Source: Selaginella moellendorffii
Taxonomy: Eukaryota > Plantae > Lycopodiophyta
Reading direction: 5' to 3'
Assembly: GCF_000143415.4 (NCBI RefSeq)
Contig: NW_003314266.1
Coordinates: forward strand, 1,820,463-1,884,462
DNA: 64,000 nucleotides
Each line of letters begins with the position of its first letter. Position 1 is the first letter of the stretch. A program made the position numbers and the translations under genes. The notes under the pieces are model-generated. The model was not told where the DNA came from and did not search any database. It saw nothing but the letters and a program-made list of their open reading frames with translations. Positions 50,060 to 61,459 of the stretch are shown here, one piece after another.

Positions 50060-53000
50060 CTAATTAGCTCCAAAAGTTTTCTGCAACTCGGCAATAGTAA
50101 GGCTTGCTTGGTGTATATGAATATCCACTTTAGGATCCTGGTGCAAAATGTTGATGAAGATGTAGTACATATGCTTGCAAGGAGCATATGCCTTCCCATG
50201 TTCTTCGCGCTTCGTAAAGTCTGAACATGTGCAAGAAGAAAAGTCTTGAATGGCAATTGTGTACTCTTCACCTTCTGTTTTGACTGTGTATTCCTTTGCG
50301 AGCGCAGTGATGTACTTCGTGGAGAGAATCTCACACTCAAGTGTTTGAGCCAAGTTTATTTTACCTTGCTTTTGCTTGGAGACGGTACCAATAAATTTAA
50401 CTGCCTTACCTTTTCGTGCTGGCCTCCTGTGCATCTTTGTAGGAATAGTTCTGGTTCTATCACTCATATCTCCAACTCTCCTCTCAAGATTGAAACCAGA
50501 TTTCTCAAGGTTTTCAATCTCATCTGAGGTGAGCACAACCCCATTAGCAACCGGCCATTCTTTAGGTACTGCATCAGGTTTTGTCACTATAGTGTCTTCA
50601 AGCCGCTTTGTATAGTTGACATCAGAGTTGCAGCAATATAACCAACACCATCTTGAAAATCCTGCTTGCTTTTGTTCCCCATGGAAACATGGGGCTGGAA
50701 CAGAAGCAGACTTATCACCATGGATCCAAGCCCAACACTTGCCCCTTGGAAGCATCCCCACACACCTTACATTTGATTTCGCTGGCACTCGACGGATTGC
50801 CTATTGCTTCGGCTCCACACTATGATAAGCAATTTCAACCTGCTGTGATGCACTTTCTTCATCAGCCACTTGAGGTGGTTCGGTTCTGGGGCGATGTCTT
50901 GGAGCAGAATGATACTCAACATCAGGCCTGTGAGAGCTTTTTGCTCCAAGATCCGTGCCAACATCTTCACTAGCAAAGGAAAATCGACGCTTTGAGCGGA
51001 CGGTCTTCATATCACCAACAGAAGCCCGAGGAGTGTACTCTATAGATGTGCCGCGGACCACTTCCTCCACTGCAATTGCCATTGTTCGTGCTGGTGGAGT
51101 CACTTTCTTCTTCATCCGATCGTGTAACATCTCAACCGAAGGTCCTGTTCCCATGTATCTTCCTTCCTCAAATGCCAAGGCTTTTGAAGACTGCTCTACA
51201 GCGCATATCAAATCTGATAGACATGTTTCATATAGACTCATCTTCCCTTTCCCTACCTCAGAGGAACGCCAGCTCTAATGTTTACTCTCTAAGAGATTCA
51301 CAATTAGGGTGTATGCAAGATCCTCAAGTGGTTGATCTTTATAAAAAGATGATATTAAAAAGCAAAAAAAAGAGAGGAAAAAAAGAAAAACCAACCTGAA
51401 AAAAGTGATGTCCCCATTGGAATATTCTAACTTCCCACCACCCCAACCACGACTCAAGTTGTGGTAGACAACTTACGTCAGTATGGCCATCTTCATGCCA
51501 CCACATTTGGATCTCGTTTGCTTTTGCCTCATGCTCTTCTTCAGAAGGTGCAGCCTGCCATTGTTTGCACAACTCCTTAAATGCTAATTGGAAATCTGGC
51601 TTGATAAGGTGGCAGTGTTGGTTTAGGCTCTGAGCCCAATGGAACTCACAAGTCCTCTCACGACCTTCTAGGGGTAGACCATTCCCAAAGACTGCCCGGA
51701 CACCATTCCAATTAGCCCCAACCCCATCTGCCATGAAACCGCGAAAGTTGGCAGGCTTACCAGTCCGCTTCAATACAATGTCGGAGAGGGACTTCCAAAA
51801 TATTTCTTGAGCCATTTGGTCTTGTACTTTAAACTCTGCCATTGCAATTGTCAAGTTACAACGTAGCCTGTGAAAAGTGCAATGTTTAAAACCATTTTAA
51901 GATAATGAGAAAAAAAATTAACTCGGATCATACACATGAGCTCCCATGGTTGTCCAACCCGCCACCCGCTCCATATGGTCAAAATGTACCCATGCATTAG
52001 CAAGGTCACTCGACCCAGACATATCCATTCGGGAAACAAGATCCACACCAGAGGCAGGGCCCATGGTAGACATTTTGAAAACGAAGGGGCACTCTTGCTC
52101 ACTAACGACTTGATCTAGAAATAAACTCCCATGGATAAACTCATAGGGACAAGTCCGTTTTAGTTCAAGGATTGAGTCGATTTTTTATTGGAGTTTCCCC
52201 TCTCGAGATTCACACATCCAAAACTTTATCCTAAATAAAACAAAATGTAAGAGAGATATTATTGAAAAGTATGTAATAATATTTTCATACCTCCTGAGGC
52301 TAGTTGCAGGTTGCATATGTCGTAGTAACTCCCGCAAGTTAGCCTCATCCAGTTGAGTATTCTTGTAGTCCGGATCAAGTAAAGTATTTACGATAAAATC
52401 CTTGAGCACTGTCTTTTGAACATGCTTCGGAGTTGCAGATGAGTTTCTCACAGTCTCTATCTGCACTGCATCTTTGAAATGGTTGATTGAACTTTTTTGT
52501 ATTCCTTCCTGCATTGGATGTGTGTGCGTGCCAATATGTACTGCAGCTCTACCAACCTTTCCATCCCGTAGAAGAAAATAGTACATCTTGGCCCTGTAGA
52601 TGGCACGACACAATGGAGCATTCTTGCAAAACCGACACTTGAATCCAACACCAATAATGTCACGGAGGGGAGGATTGGTTGCAGATCCTTCAAAAAATAT
52701 GGAGTTTTTACCGCACTCTTAATTGCATGCTTTATTCACACAATCCAAATACCCACCACAATGAACCATGGACACTGTGCCTTTGAAATGCTGGAAATGT
52801 GTGGTCTTGATCTTGCACCAGTTGTGGACATCCTGCTTCGTCTCCATCCCTTTTCGTTTTGAGCTGACAAGAGGTGGTAGTTCAAAGAAGATATTGCTAT
52901 TGTATGTAGATGGGAGCTCGCTAACAGGCCTATGCAGAAAGGAACGAACATTGATAGAGAGGCGGGAAAACTGGAAAGCATTGCAAACAGCTTGGAATAT

Positions 53001-53384
53001 CAGTGAAGTTGGAGTTTGGAAATTCTTGGCTTGCACTGGACTAACATCTCCACTAGAACTAGAAGAGGAAGAAATGATGATGACCGACTCTTGCTTCACA
53101 TTCACTTTAGCAGGATCACAGCCTCACACTTTGATTGGAGATCCAAAAACTCGAATCTCTTTCGACTTGGAATGTTGCAAATCCCAATGTTGTCCACCTT
53201 CACCTACACCCGAAAGAAGAAACTCCGATCGTTCAACTACACCAATGTTGTTGCGAATCACAGCTTCCAATGAAATAGAACTGAGAGAAAGATCGAAACG
53301 TCGGCAAAGAAAACTTTCTGAAATAAGACTTTGGGAGAAAGAAAGCGGTGGGTGATCTTGGTAATGCAAAAGGAAGCCCTCCAT
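50060..53384 (-). pseudogene. MULE transposase (GCM-like zinc-binding DNA-binding domain, DDE core, SWIM finger), inactivated
   Basis: HNW...CGGYLDCVNKAC...CRFC...HIGTHTHP; WVHFDH; FMADG; CEFH (CxxH); VNLLESKH; SWIM CTCSDF...CKH. Introns 52290-52231, 51922-51868 and one from 51395 (acceptor phase unresolved). Stops at 53124, 52719, 52185, 51275 and 50801. True start codon uncertain. Confidence 0.88.
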
Positions 53385-54193
53385 TTTGTTGCCTTTAAGT
53401 TTTGGAACTCTGAACTTTTATAACGAAATGTCACCTCACATGTGCTATGCCATTATGTGAAAAGATACTAGGGGGATTTTATTCTAGGATCTAACATCGA
53501 ATAATGTTGTTATAATAAATTTTGTATGAAGTATATAGGACTATGTTGTACAATATTAAAAGTCTATATACATTGAAATAAAAAACATACTCAAATTTAT
53601 TATATGCACTAACTTTTGGTAGAACGGAAAGAAATATCACCTCAAGCATGTGCCATAATATGAAAGATAGGAATGATTTTATTCTAGGATCTACCATCAA
53701 CCAATTGTTGCCAAATAAATTAAATATTGTACATATTTTCAGTACTTCATTAAAGCTAGAAATCATCACATTCTTCTGAACTCATTTAAATATATTCCAT
53801 CTTTGTACTACCATCTATCACCTATAGTAAATTATCTATATACATTGCTTTGGAAATAACACCTTATGATTTAATAATCTTATATTTTCTAACAATTTCG
53901 TACTGTGATCAATTCAACACATGTGTCTGTGACATTATTTCACATTATGACATAGTCATATTAGAGCACACCTCCATTATTAAATTACAATTCAAAAGGA
54001 CTTTGTCACGTGATCAAATCTAGGGCGGAATAGAAATTGTATAGTGCTAGATTTATTATTTATTGTACAGTGAAGATTTACTGCATCCACGATGAACGGC
54101 TGTGATGAAAGTTAGGTTAGGGTTAGGGCAGCTGCCGGCGTTAGGGTTTTACAGAAAGTAGAGCGGGAGATTAGGAGTGACTGCGGGAACAGA

Positions 54194-57100
54194 ATGCCGC
54201 CAAGAGTAAGTTTTTTCTCCTCCTCCACTCCCTCTCCTCCACTCCCTCTCCTCCCCGCCCAGCGCCCCCGTGCCCATGCCACGCCCAGCGCCGCCACACC
54301 CAGCACTACCGCGCCCACACCACGCCACACTCAGCACCGCCACTGCCCAGGGCTGCCAAGCGCCGCCCACTGCCATGCCACGCCCAGCGCAGCGCTGCCT
54401 AGGTCCGCCACTGCCCAGCACCGCCGCTGCCGTTCCGCCGCTGCCCAGCATCGCCCACGCCACGCTATGCCACGCCAGCGCTGCGCTGCCTAGGGCCACC
54501 GCTGCTGCCAAGTGCCCAGGCCGGGCATTTGGCTGGGCACTCCACCTGGGCCAGAGCAAACCTGTCCCAGAGCAAACTGCCCACGCCAAGTCCGCGCAGG
54601 CCGGCCAAGGTGCTTGGCCGGCAAAAGCGCCAAGTGCTTGTGCCAAATGCCCACGCTGGGCATTTGGCGCGAGCCAGCCAAGTCCAAGCGCCAAGGCAAG
54701 GTTCTCGGGCAGTTGGCCTTGGCGCGGGCCGGCCAAGGTGCTTGAGGGCGTCCCAATTCGCCGGCGAACCGGCGCCTGCACCGAGCCCACACCCTGTTCC
54801 CCTCTTCTTATGCATTTATAATTTATAATGTTTTTTTTTTAATTTTTAGAAACGGAAGCAACTACAAAAGGAGAGGGATGTTGGATCAAAGAGAAGACAT
54901 GAGGAAGATGAGATCCAAGACGACAATCAAGTTGACCTTCAGATAGAGATTTCCACAGCAACAACTCTACCCTCTTCCCAACCAGATAGCTCCAGTCCAC
55001 ATGCACCCCCACCACCACCATAGATGCCACCACCACCATTACCACCGCCACCACCTTCACCACCATTACCACCACTGCCACCTTTACCTTCATCACCACC
55101 ATTACCACCACCGTCATCACCACCATTACCATCATGACCATTACTACCACCACCGTCATCACTACTATTACCACCACCACTGCCACTATCATCACCACCA
55201 CCAATGCAACCATTGTCATCACTACCATTGCTGCCACAACCACAAATGCCACTACTCTTAACATATTCACAAAATATGGCAGAAACGGAGCAGTGCCTAA
55301 GTGCGCTTGATGCCGGTGTTGGGCCAGAGTCAGGGGCTAGATCTGATAATGGTGCTACTGGAGGTGTAGCTGAAGCTGAAAGAGAAGTGGAGCTACCTGA
55401 ACACATTGTCAACAAGCGCTTCCAAGAGACAGTTTTGAGAACTAAAGAGAAGGCCATTCACACGACTCTAGAGTCTCTCAAGTGGGAAGGCCCGGGGCAT
55501 ATGATCCGAGAAATCCCACTATGTCGATTCACTCAAACAAGCATCGTTCGGTCTGCTTCAACGCACTTCGTCAACATGGACATCTATAGTCTGTACAAAC
55601 AGAATGGCCTTGGGACAAACATAGGTATGTTCCTTGTTTCAGTCTTCAAGCCAGGAATGACAAATACCCTCTCGGTGTCACCGGAAATCGAGAGGGATTG
55701 GGATGACATTTGGAAAATGAAGTCCCGCAAATTTGACATCAAGCTTATGAGCCATCCTAAGACTTAACAATTTGTGGGGAAAATGTTCTACATTATCGAC
55801 GGAAATCATCGCTGGTGCGCGTGGATGAAGTGCATTCGAGAATGCTTCCGAGACGATCCTGTCTATCACATCAATGTTCCGGTTGGACATGTACACGTGA
55901 GAGGATCTCTAGATGTGGCAAGGCTTGTGATAGCTTGCCACAAAATTAATGCGTAAGTACCTCTCCCTCTTCAATCACTTTTAACAATTTTTATTTTGCA
56001 GGCTGGGACAGTTTGCAGTGCAGAAACAAAGCCTAGTACATGATATCGAGCAGATCCAGTTTCTTGCCAATCTCGACGAGGATGCAGTCTGCAGCCACTA
56101 TGGTGATGATTTAACATCACTTATTCGGCATCAACGAGGTCGTCAGGATGCCAATAGATGGTACAAGAATCCAATGGCTTTTATGACAGTTGTGTGGAGT
56201 AAGGTATGTTCTTTCAAGTATACTTTTTATCATAGAATGTTTGTGTTGTTTTCAGCCATTGGTGAAGGTTAAGCAAGATGCATATGCACAGTCGCATCGA
56301 GCTAAAAATGATCAAGAACTCTCAGAGCATTTAGCTGCAATTGACAAAAAAATCAACAACACAAAGAAGACAAAGGTAAAAAAATTACTTAGTGTGGCTG
56401 ACCCTCGACGCCCAAAGGAGTGGTTTGATATTATAATAGAGATTGCTTGTCATGAAAGTAAGTATTGTTTGTGTTTACATGAAGGTTCTCACAAAAGTTA
56501 TTTTTTAGTGGGCAAGACTCCAGATGAGATTATTTACAACATCTCAAAGTCAAAGCTTACATATGAGGAACAGATACACATTCTGAATGACCTCAATAGT
56601 AGACTTAGGGAAGGAGAAAAAGGTTTGGACAGTATGATGGAGACTGTGATGAGGAGGACCGTCTACATTTCACAAACTGTATATGAAGAGGAGATGTTTC
56701 TAGCGCCTTTCATAGGGGATGATCCTGAGCAACTTCCATTTAAGGACTTCGTCACCATTGAGCTTACAAAACTCGGAGAGGACTGGCTGCCAAAGAAGGC
56801 CACAAGCACGACTCCATTTGATAAACAACTTGCCCAACCTTACTTCATACATTGAGCGGCTTTCAGGTAACATACAATTTCTCAACTATACTCAATTGTT
56901 TATATTCTATTATAGGTATCTCCAATATAGAGGCGTTCCTCTCGAAACACCGGTATGCACACGCCTCCTGAGGCATGGTGTGAGAGATGGAGGCATGTAC
57001 CCGACAACAATGAAGTTTCCAGCAGCAATAAAGCGTGCTTGTCCTTGGGAATTGGAGATGCCAGATTATGAACCAACCCACCATGAGGCTGCAAGAAGCA

Positions 57101-58375
57101 ACAATGATGACGAAGAGAATGTCGACCCTATTGGTGCCAATGGCGAGCAGAGTGAAGATGGCGGCGAGAACGAGATTCTTTGAGACGAAGTCGAGCAAGA
57201 GAACCAAAACGTCCAAGAAGTTCTACCTCGACGAAAGTGTGCAAATCCACATCTGGAGGAATTAGTCAACAGTGATGATGATCGTCCAAGACGTCCCCGT
57301 AACCGAGGAACTTCTCGAGGTATATTTCTTTTAATTCTCTCTTTTTCTTAGTTCCTCAAAATGGTTGCAGCAAAAACTGTCGGGAGTAACTTCATTCCAG
57401 CTCGTCTTGATGCTCGAGAAGAGGACTTGGAGGAATTTACATCTACCACACGCCACATGACGGTATGTAAATTTTTCTTAAGTTCACATCTTATCTTTGT
57501 CTTCTCCCCCTAGATTCGCCCTGTATCTCTAGTGGCATTCCGTGGTGAAGTTAGGATCTTTATTGGCTCTTATAGTTCATTGATGGCATCTTTTGAGGAA
57601 GATGCTGAGAATATGGCTATCCGGCAAAAGTGGGAGCGCTTTTGTCAGAAGATCCATAGGCAACCGCTCAAGAGCACAAACTTCATGCTCTTTGATATGC
57701 CAGATGGTCTTCCAAACGCTAATGGTGATGTCCTAAGCTAGAATAACCTGACTAAAGACCACTTGAAGGATGCATTCCTTTTGGCAGCAATTCTCCTTCA
57801 CACAACTGGTCAAGTAGCCTTCATTCTCCCGAATGACCCCCATTGGATGTCCTGCCTTATGAGGTATGCAACTCGAGTCAACTTCAAGAGGTTCTCTTCT
57901 GGATGCATCATGGATAGTGTTGGGGTCGAGACCAAAGGTGTTCTAGGCATGCCAGAGAAGGTAAGAAATCATTTTCTGTTTTGGTTGTCTCTAAAGTTTT
58001 ATTATTCAGGTTATGATGTGGACCTACCATGTGTTCTGCAGAAAAGAAAATGACGGTTTTCGTGATAGTGAGCGTGCTACAAGGGTTTTGCCAGGGTATG
58101 ATAGCTTTACTGACATCATACCAAATCTCATAGACGACGACATCCGCAACACATTGTCTGGGTAGCGGTTCCGATTTCCATTGGCGATGCATGTCCTACT
58201 TGAGCTTTATTGCCCAACTAGGGGTGTTGTCATTGATTGCACAGCAGGTAGTGGTTTGATGGTCGAAGCAGCACGTGACTCTGGTAGATTGGTGTTTGCG
58301 ATTGAAGAATATGAGTTCTTCAAACGCCGTCTTCGAGGTTTTCGTCCTTCTCTATCAGTTGCTTCTAGAAGGTAA
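54194..58375 (+). pseudogene. ParB/Srx-like domain + beta-class N6A/N4C DNA methyltransferase-like fusion gene (MULE cargo), 9 exons
   Basis: Exons splice in frame from MPPR|KRKQ. FYIIDGNHRWCAW with the core at 55792-55812; motif IV-like FDMPDG at 57691-57708; motif X/I RFP..MHVLLELYCPTRGVVIDCTAGSGLMVEAARDSGRLVFAIE at ~58170-58305. Seven in-frame stops. Confidence 0.78.
54990..55250 (+). repeat. (CCA)n-rich low-complexity tract encoding poly-proline in the cargo gene
   Basis: In the frame of exon 2 (starting at 54850) it reads PPPPL/PPPSPPLPP. Confidence 0.8.
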
Positions 58376-58831
58376 TTTATGATGTTTTAAAAACTTATAA
58401 ATAATATATATTTAGTTTTCTAGAAGTCTTCCTAGGTATGCATGGCACATCATATGCAATGTGTAAATTGAGGAGTGGTATGAAAAATCTATTTATTAAT
58501 GATACATTAAAAGACAATTGAATGCATCCACTTGCAATGAGAAAGATGTGTCACATGTCAATGTGATAATGATTGTGACACTGATAATGTCAGTGCAGCA
58601 AATAGCGGCAGTGATAGTGTCAGTGACAGAGACAATGTCAGTGACAGAGATAGTGTCAGTGTCAGAGATGACAAAGTTACAGTGTTAGTCTGTCAAATTT
58701 CATAATTACTAGTATTATCAGTTTATTATCTATAGGTAATACAATTTTGTTAATAAAAAGAAGGCAAGAGGGGGGGGGGGGGGGGGGGATGAATAATATC
58801 ATAGTGTAAGAATTATTAGTGGCTGGAATTT

Positions 58832-59380
58832 TCAGTAGGATGGCCTAAAAATACCATATTCAGCACTTGTGGATGTAGGATTTACTAACGGAATATTGTT
58901 CCTCACCATGAAATGATAATGATTGTGTGTTCTTAACTCTTTCTTGATTTTCTTATACATCCATTTATGCACACCTTCCACACCATTTCTTGGGCAGTTG
59001 TGACAGTGTTCTAGAAAAGTTTCTAGACCTATACAACCTTCTGTTTTATCTAAATAAAAGTAGCAGATGGGACACTGGAGATAATATGTGTTCATTCTTT
59101 CAAAAGTTTCAACCATATCGGGAGCAAGATCTTGAAAAAACATCTGGCATCGCTTTTGAAGCACATGAGGCAATCCATCTTTAGTAACAACATCTTGAAC
59201 ATTATCTGGAAGAGGGATCTTTTGTTCAGTCACACTTGGGGCTACAAAAGAAAAAGCCTCACAACGATTGATGTATGGAGGGAAGGGTGGAATGTTGGTA
59301 GAAGTTGGAAACAGAGGTGGAGACTCATATGAAATGCATGAGGGCCAAGTGCAAGTAGCAATAGCATTTTCCCTAGCCAT
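58832..59380 (-). CDS. Unknown Cys/His-rich protein, MULE cargo copy A (182 aa, open frame)
   Basis: CPICYF...C...HCHNCP...H pattern; paralogous to 59812-60378. Confidence 0.6.
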   Translation of the reverse strand: MARENAIATCTWPSCISYESPPLFPTSTNIPPFPPYINRCEAFSFVAPSVTEQKIPLPDNVQDVVTKDGLPHVLQKRCQMFFQDLAPDMVETFERMNTYYLQCPICYFYLDKTEGCIGLETFLEHCHNCPRNGVEGVHKWMYKKIKKELRTHNHYHFMVRNNIPLVNPTSTSAEYGIFRPSY

Positions 59381-59811
59381 TCCTACACTTTAAACAAATT
59401 GAAATTTCAATGTTGAAAGCATCAATGTTTATTTGTAAATTTTTTCGAAGATTATTGATATTTGTTTTGAAATAAACAAATTGAAATTTCAATGTTGAAA
59501 GCATTTTCCCTAGCCATCAATGTTTAGTATCTAAACATAATATCTTCAACTTTGCTAAAAAACTTTGAGTGGTGATTTACTCTTGCTTTCTACTAGCTTT
59601 ATTGGTATTTATATTAAGAAAAGATTTAGGGGTTTTTGAAAGTTTAAATTGTCAGTCTCAAAAATGGGACTTCAAAATTATAACAGTGTCAGAACCACTT
59701 GTATATATAATAATATCTTTATACATGCTAGAATAATATCATTCTCGAAAATATAAGATTCTCCACTTTACTCATAAAGAATTAACCTTTTGAAAAAATT
59801 ATGCATGATTT

Positions 59812-60378
59812 TCACATTACATTAAAGGGTGGCCTAAATATCCTATATTCAACACTTACTGATGCAGTGTTCACCAATGGAATATTGTTCTCCACCATGA
59901 AATCATAATCGCTGTGTGTTTTTAAATCTTTCTTGATTTTCTTATACATCCACGCATGCACACCTTCCAAACCCGCTCTTGGGCATTTGCGACAATGATC
60001 AATAAAATTTACCAAACCCATGCAACCATTTGTCTTGTTTAAATAAAAGTTGCATATAGGATACTAAAGATAATATGTATCTATATTAAGCTCCCCTGCC
60101 ATATCTGGAGCAAGATCTTGAAGAAAATATTGACATCGCTCTTGAAGCATTGGAGGCAATCCAACTTTTTTAACAATATCATAAGAAAGGAGTTCTTGTT
60201 CAGTTGCACTCGAGGTCGCAAATAGAAGAGCCTCACAATAGCCCTCAAAATGAAAAAGAGGATTGTTGCATAAAGGTGAAGGTGGATTATTGGTTGAGAT
60301 TGAAGATGGAGGTGGAAATTCATATGAGAGGCCTTTGGGACCAAAAGTAAACTTCTTCCTAACCATTGCAACACACAA
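59812..60378 (-). pseudogene. Unknown Cys/His-rich protein, MULE cargo copy B (stop at 60064)
   Basis: Shares GLP.MLQERCQ.F.QDLAPDM...TYYL*YPIC.FYL...HC..CPR.G.EGVH.WMYKKIKK...NNIPLVN...EY.IFRP with copy A. Confidence 0.65.
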
Positions 60379-61415
60379 GAAGAATTAAACTTCCTAGCAA
60401 TAAGAATTCTCTCATTAATATATTATATTTCAATCTCGGGAATGATGTTTTATTATGACATGACACTATATTGAATGATAATTGTCAGTCTTAGTAATTA
60501 CAACCTACTATGTAAGACAAGTGGCTATAGGGTTTCAGAAGCTAAAAACTAGCATATAATTAATATGTAGCCTTATTTTATATAGTTGGCCTGCCATATA
60601 TATTAATAACGAATATACAGAGGCACGCGAGTATGCTTTTTGCAAGATTACCTTTCAATCCCAAAATCATATATAGATTTAATTCTTTGATTTGTCCACA
60701 TCATATATCTTTGCAAAGACAAAACATATCAAAAGGAATAAGATATATATAAAAAACTTACATTTTTTTATAATATTTTAGTGGATTACAAAAGCCATTG
60801 AAAGGTTTATAGAGTGGATTTATTAGTGCTTTCCGCTGTGCTGTCCATTTCTTCTTTTCTCTTGCTCTGGATTGTTGTTTCGGAAGTAACAAGAGCATTT
60901 TTATCAATAGTGACAGTGGTCTCCACATTCCCAGATGGGTAATAAGGACCAGGCGTGTAATATGGAGATTGTGGTAGTGAAACAAAATTAACATTTTCAC
61001 ATTTTTGTATGCTAGAACTACTTACAGATTTTTTGTCTTCCTTGCTTCCCATCTCTGTAAACCATAAAGAATGAACGAGTGAATCAATGTTTCAAATTAT
61101 TTATATATTTTTGGTCAATTGTTGAAATGTTAAAATGTTGAAATGTACAATAGAAATTTTAGGTTCATTCGAACTTCAATATTCCCATTTTATTTGGGAC
61201 CAATAAAGCCCAAAAATTTCTATGGGTTCAAACAAACTTCTAATTCTAGAAATTGTATAAATTGCATTAGAAAGATTCAAAAAATAGAAATCTCTCTAAA
61301 CCATTGATACTTAAATTCATAAATTTCAAGTTCACCAAAGAATAACATTTTTCTGACTTAATATTTCCTTATAAGACTTATGGTTGACTATGTTGACTAA
61401 CATTGACTTGAGCTG

Positions 61416-61459
61416 AATTGAGCTCAACTCGTGAGCTCAACTCAACTTTGGACCATCCC
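61416..61459 (-). repeat. Right terminal inverted repeat of MULE
   Basis: Reverse complement reads GGGATGGTCCAAAGTTGAGTTGAGCTCACGAGTTGAGCTCAATT. Confidence 0.85.

Larger units (their letters stand above)
49426..61459 (-). mobile_element. ~12-kb Mutator-like (MULE) DNA transposon with cargo genes
   Basis: 9-bp TSD CCAAAAGTA at 49417-49425 and 61460-61468; G...C termini; imperfect TIRs sharing GAGTTGAGCTCACGAGTTGAGCTCAATT; internal MULE-type transposase. Confidence 0.9.

Noticed and set aside
54112-54828. Overlapping Ala/Pro/Gly-rich ORFs
   Set aside because: GC-rich repeat inside the predicted first intron; open in all frames.
55001-55261. Poly-His ORF and antisense poly-Val/Gly ORFs
   Set aside because: Alternative frames of the CCA tract; the poly-Pro frame is continuous with the cargo gene.
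50060-58375. Stop codons repaired by U-to-C RNA editing or readthrough
   Set aside because: Such editing is organellar; deamination decay of a nuclear transposon explains the stops more simply.
60758-61052. Possible additional MULE cargo gene (MGSKEDKK..., 81 aa)
   Set aside because: Short, no recognisable motif, and its continuation requires a frameshift; not supportable without homologs.
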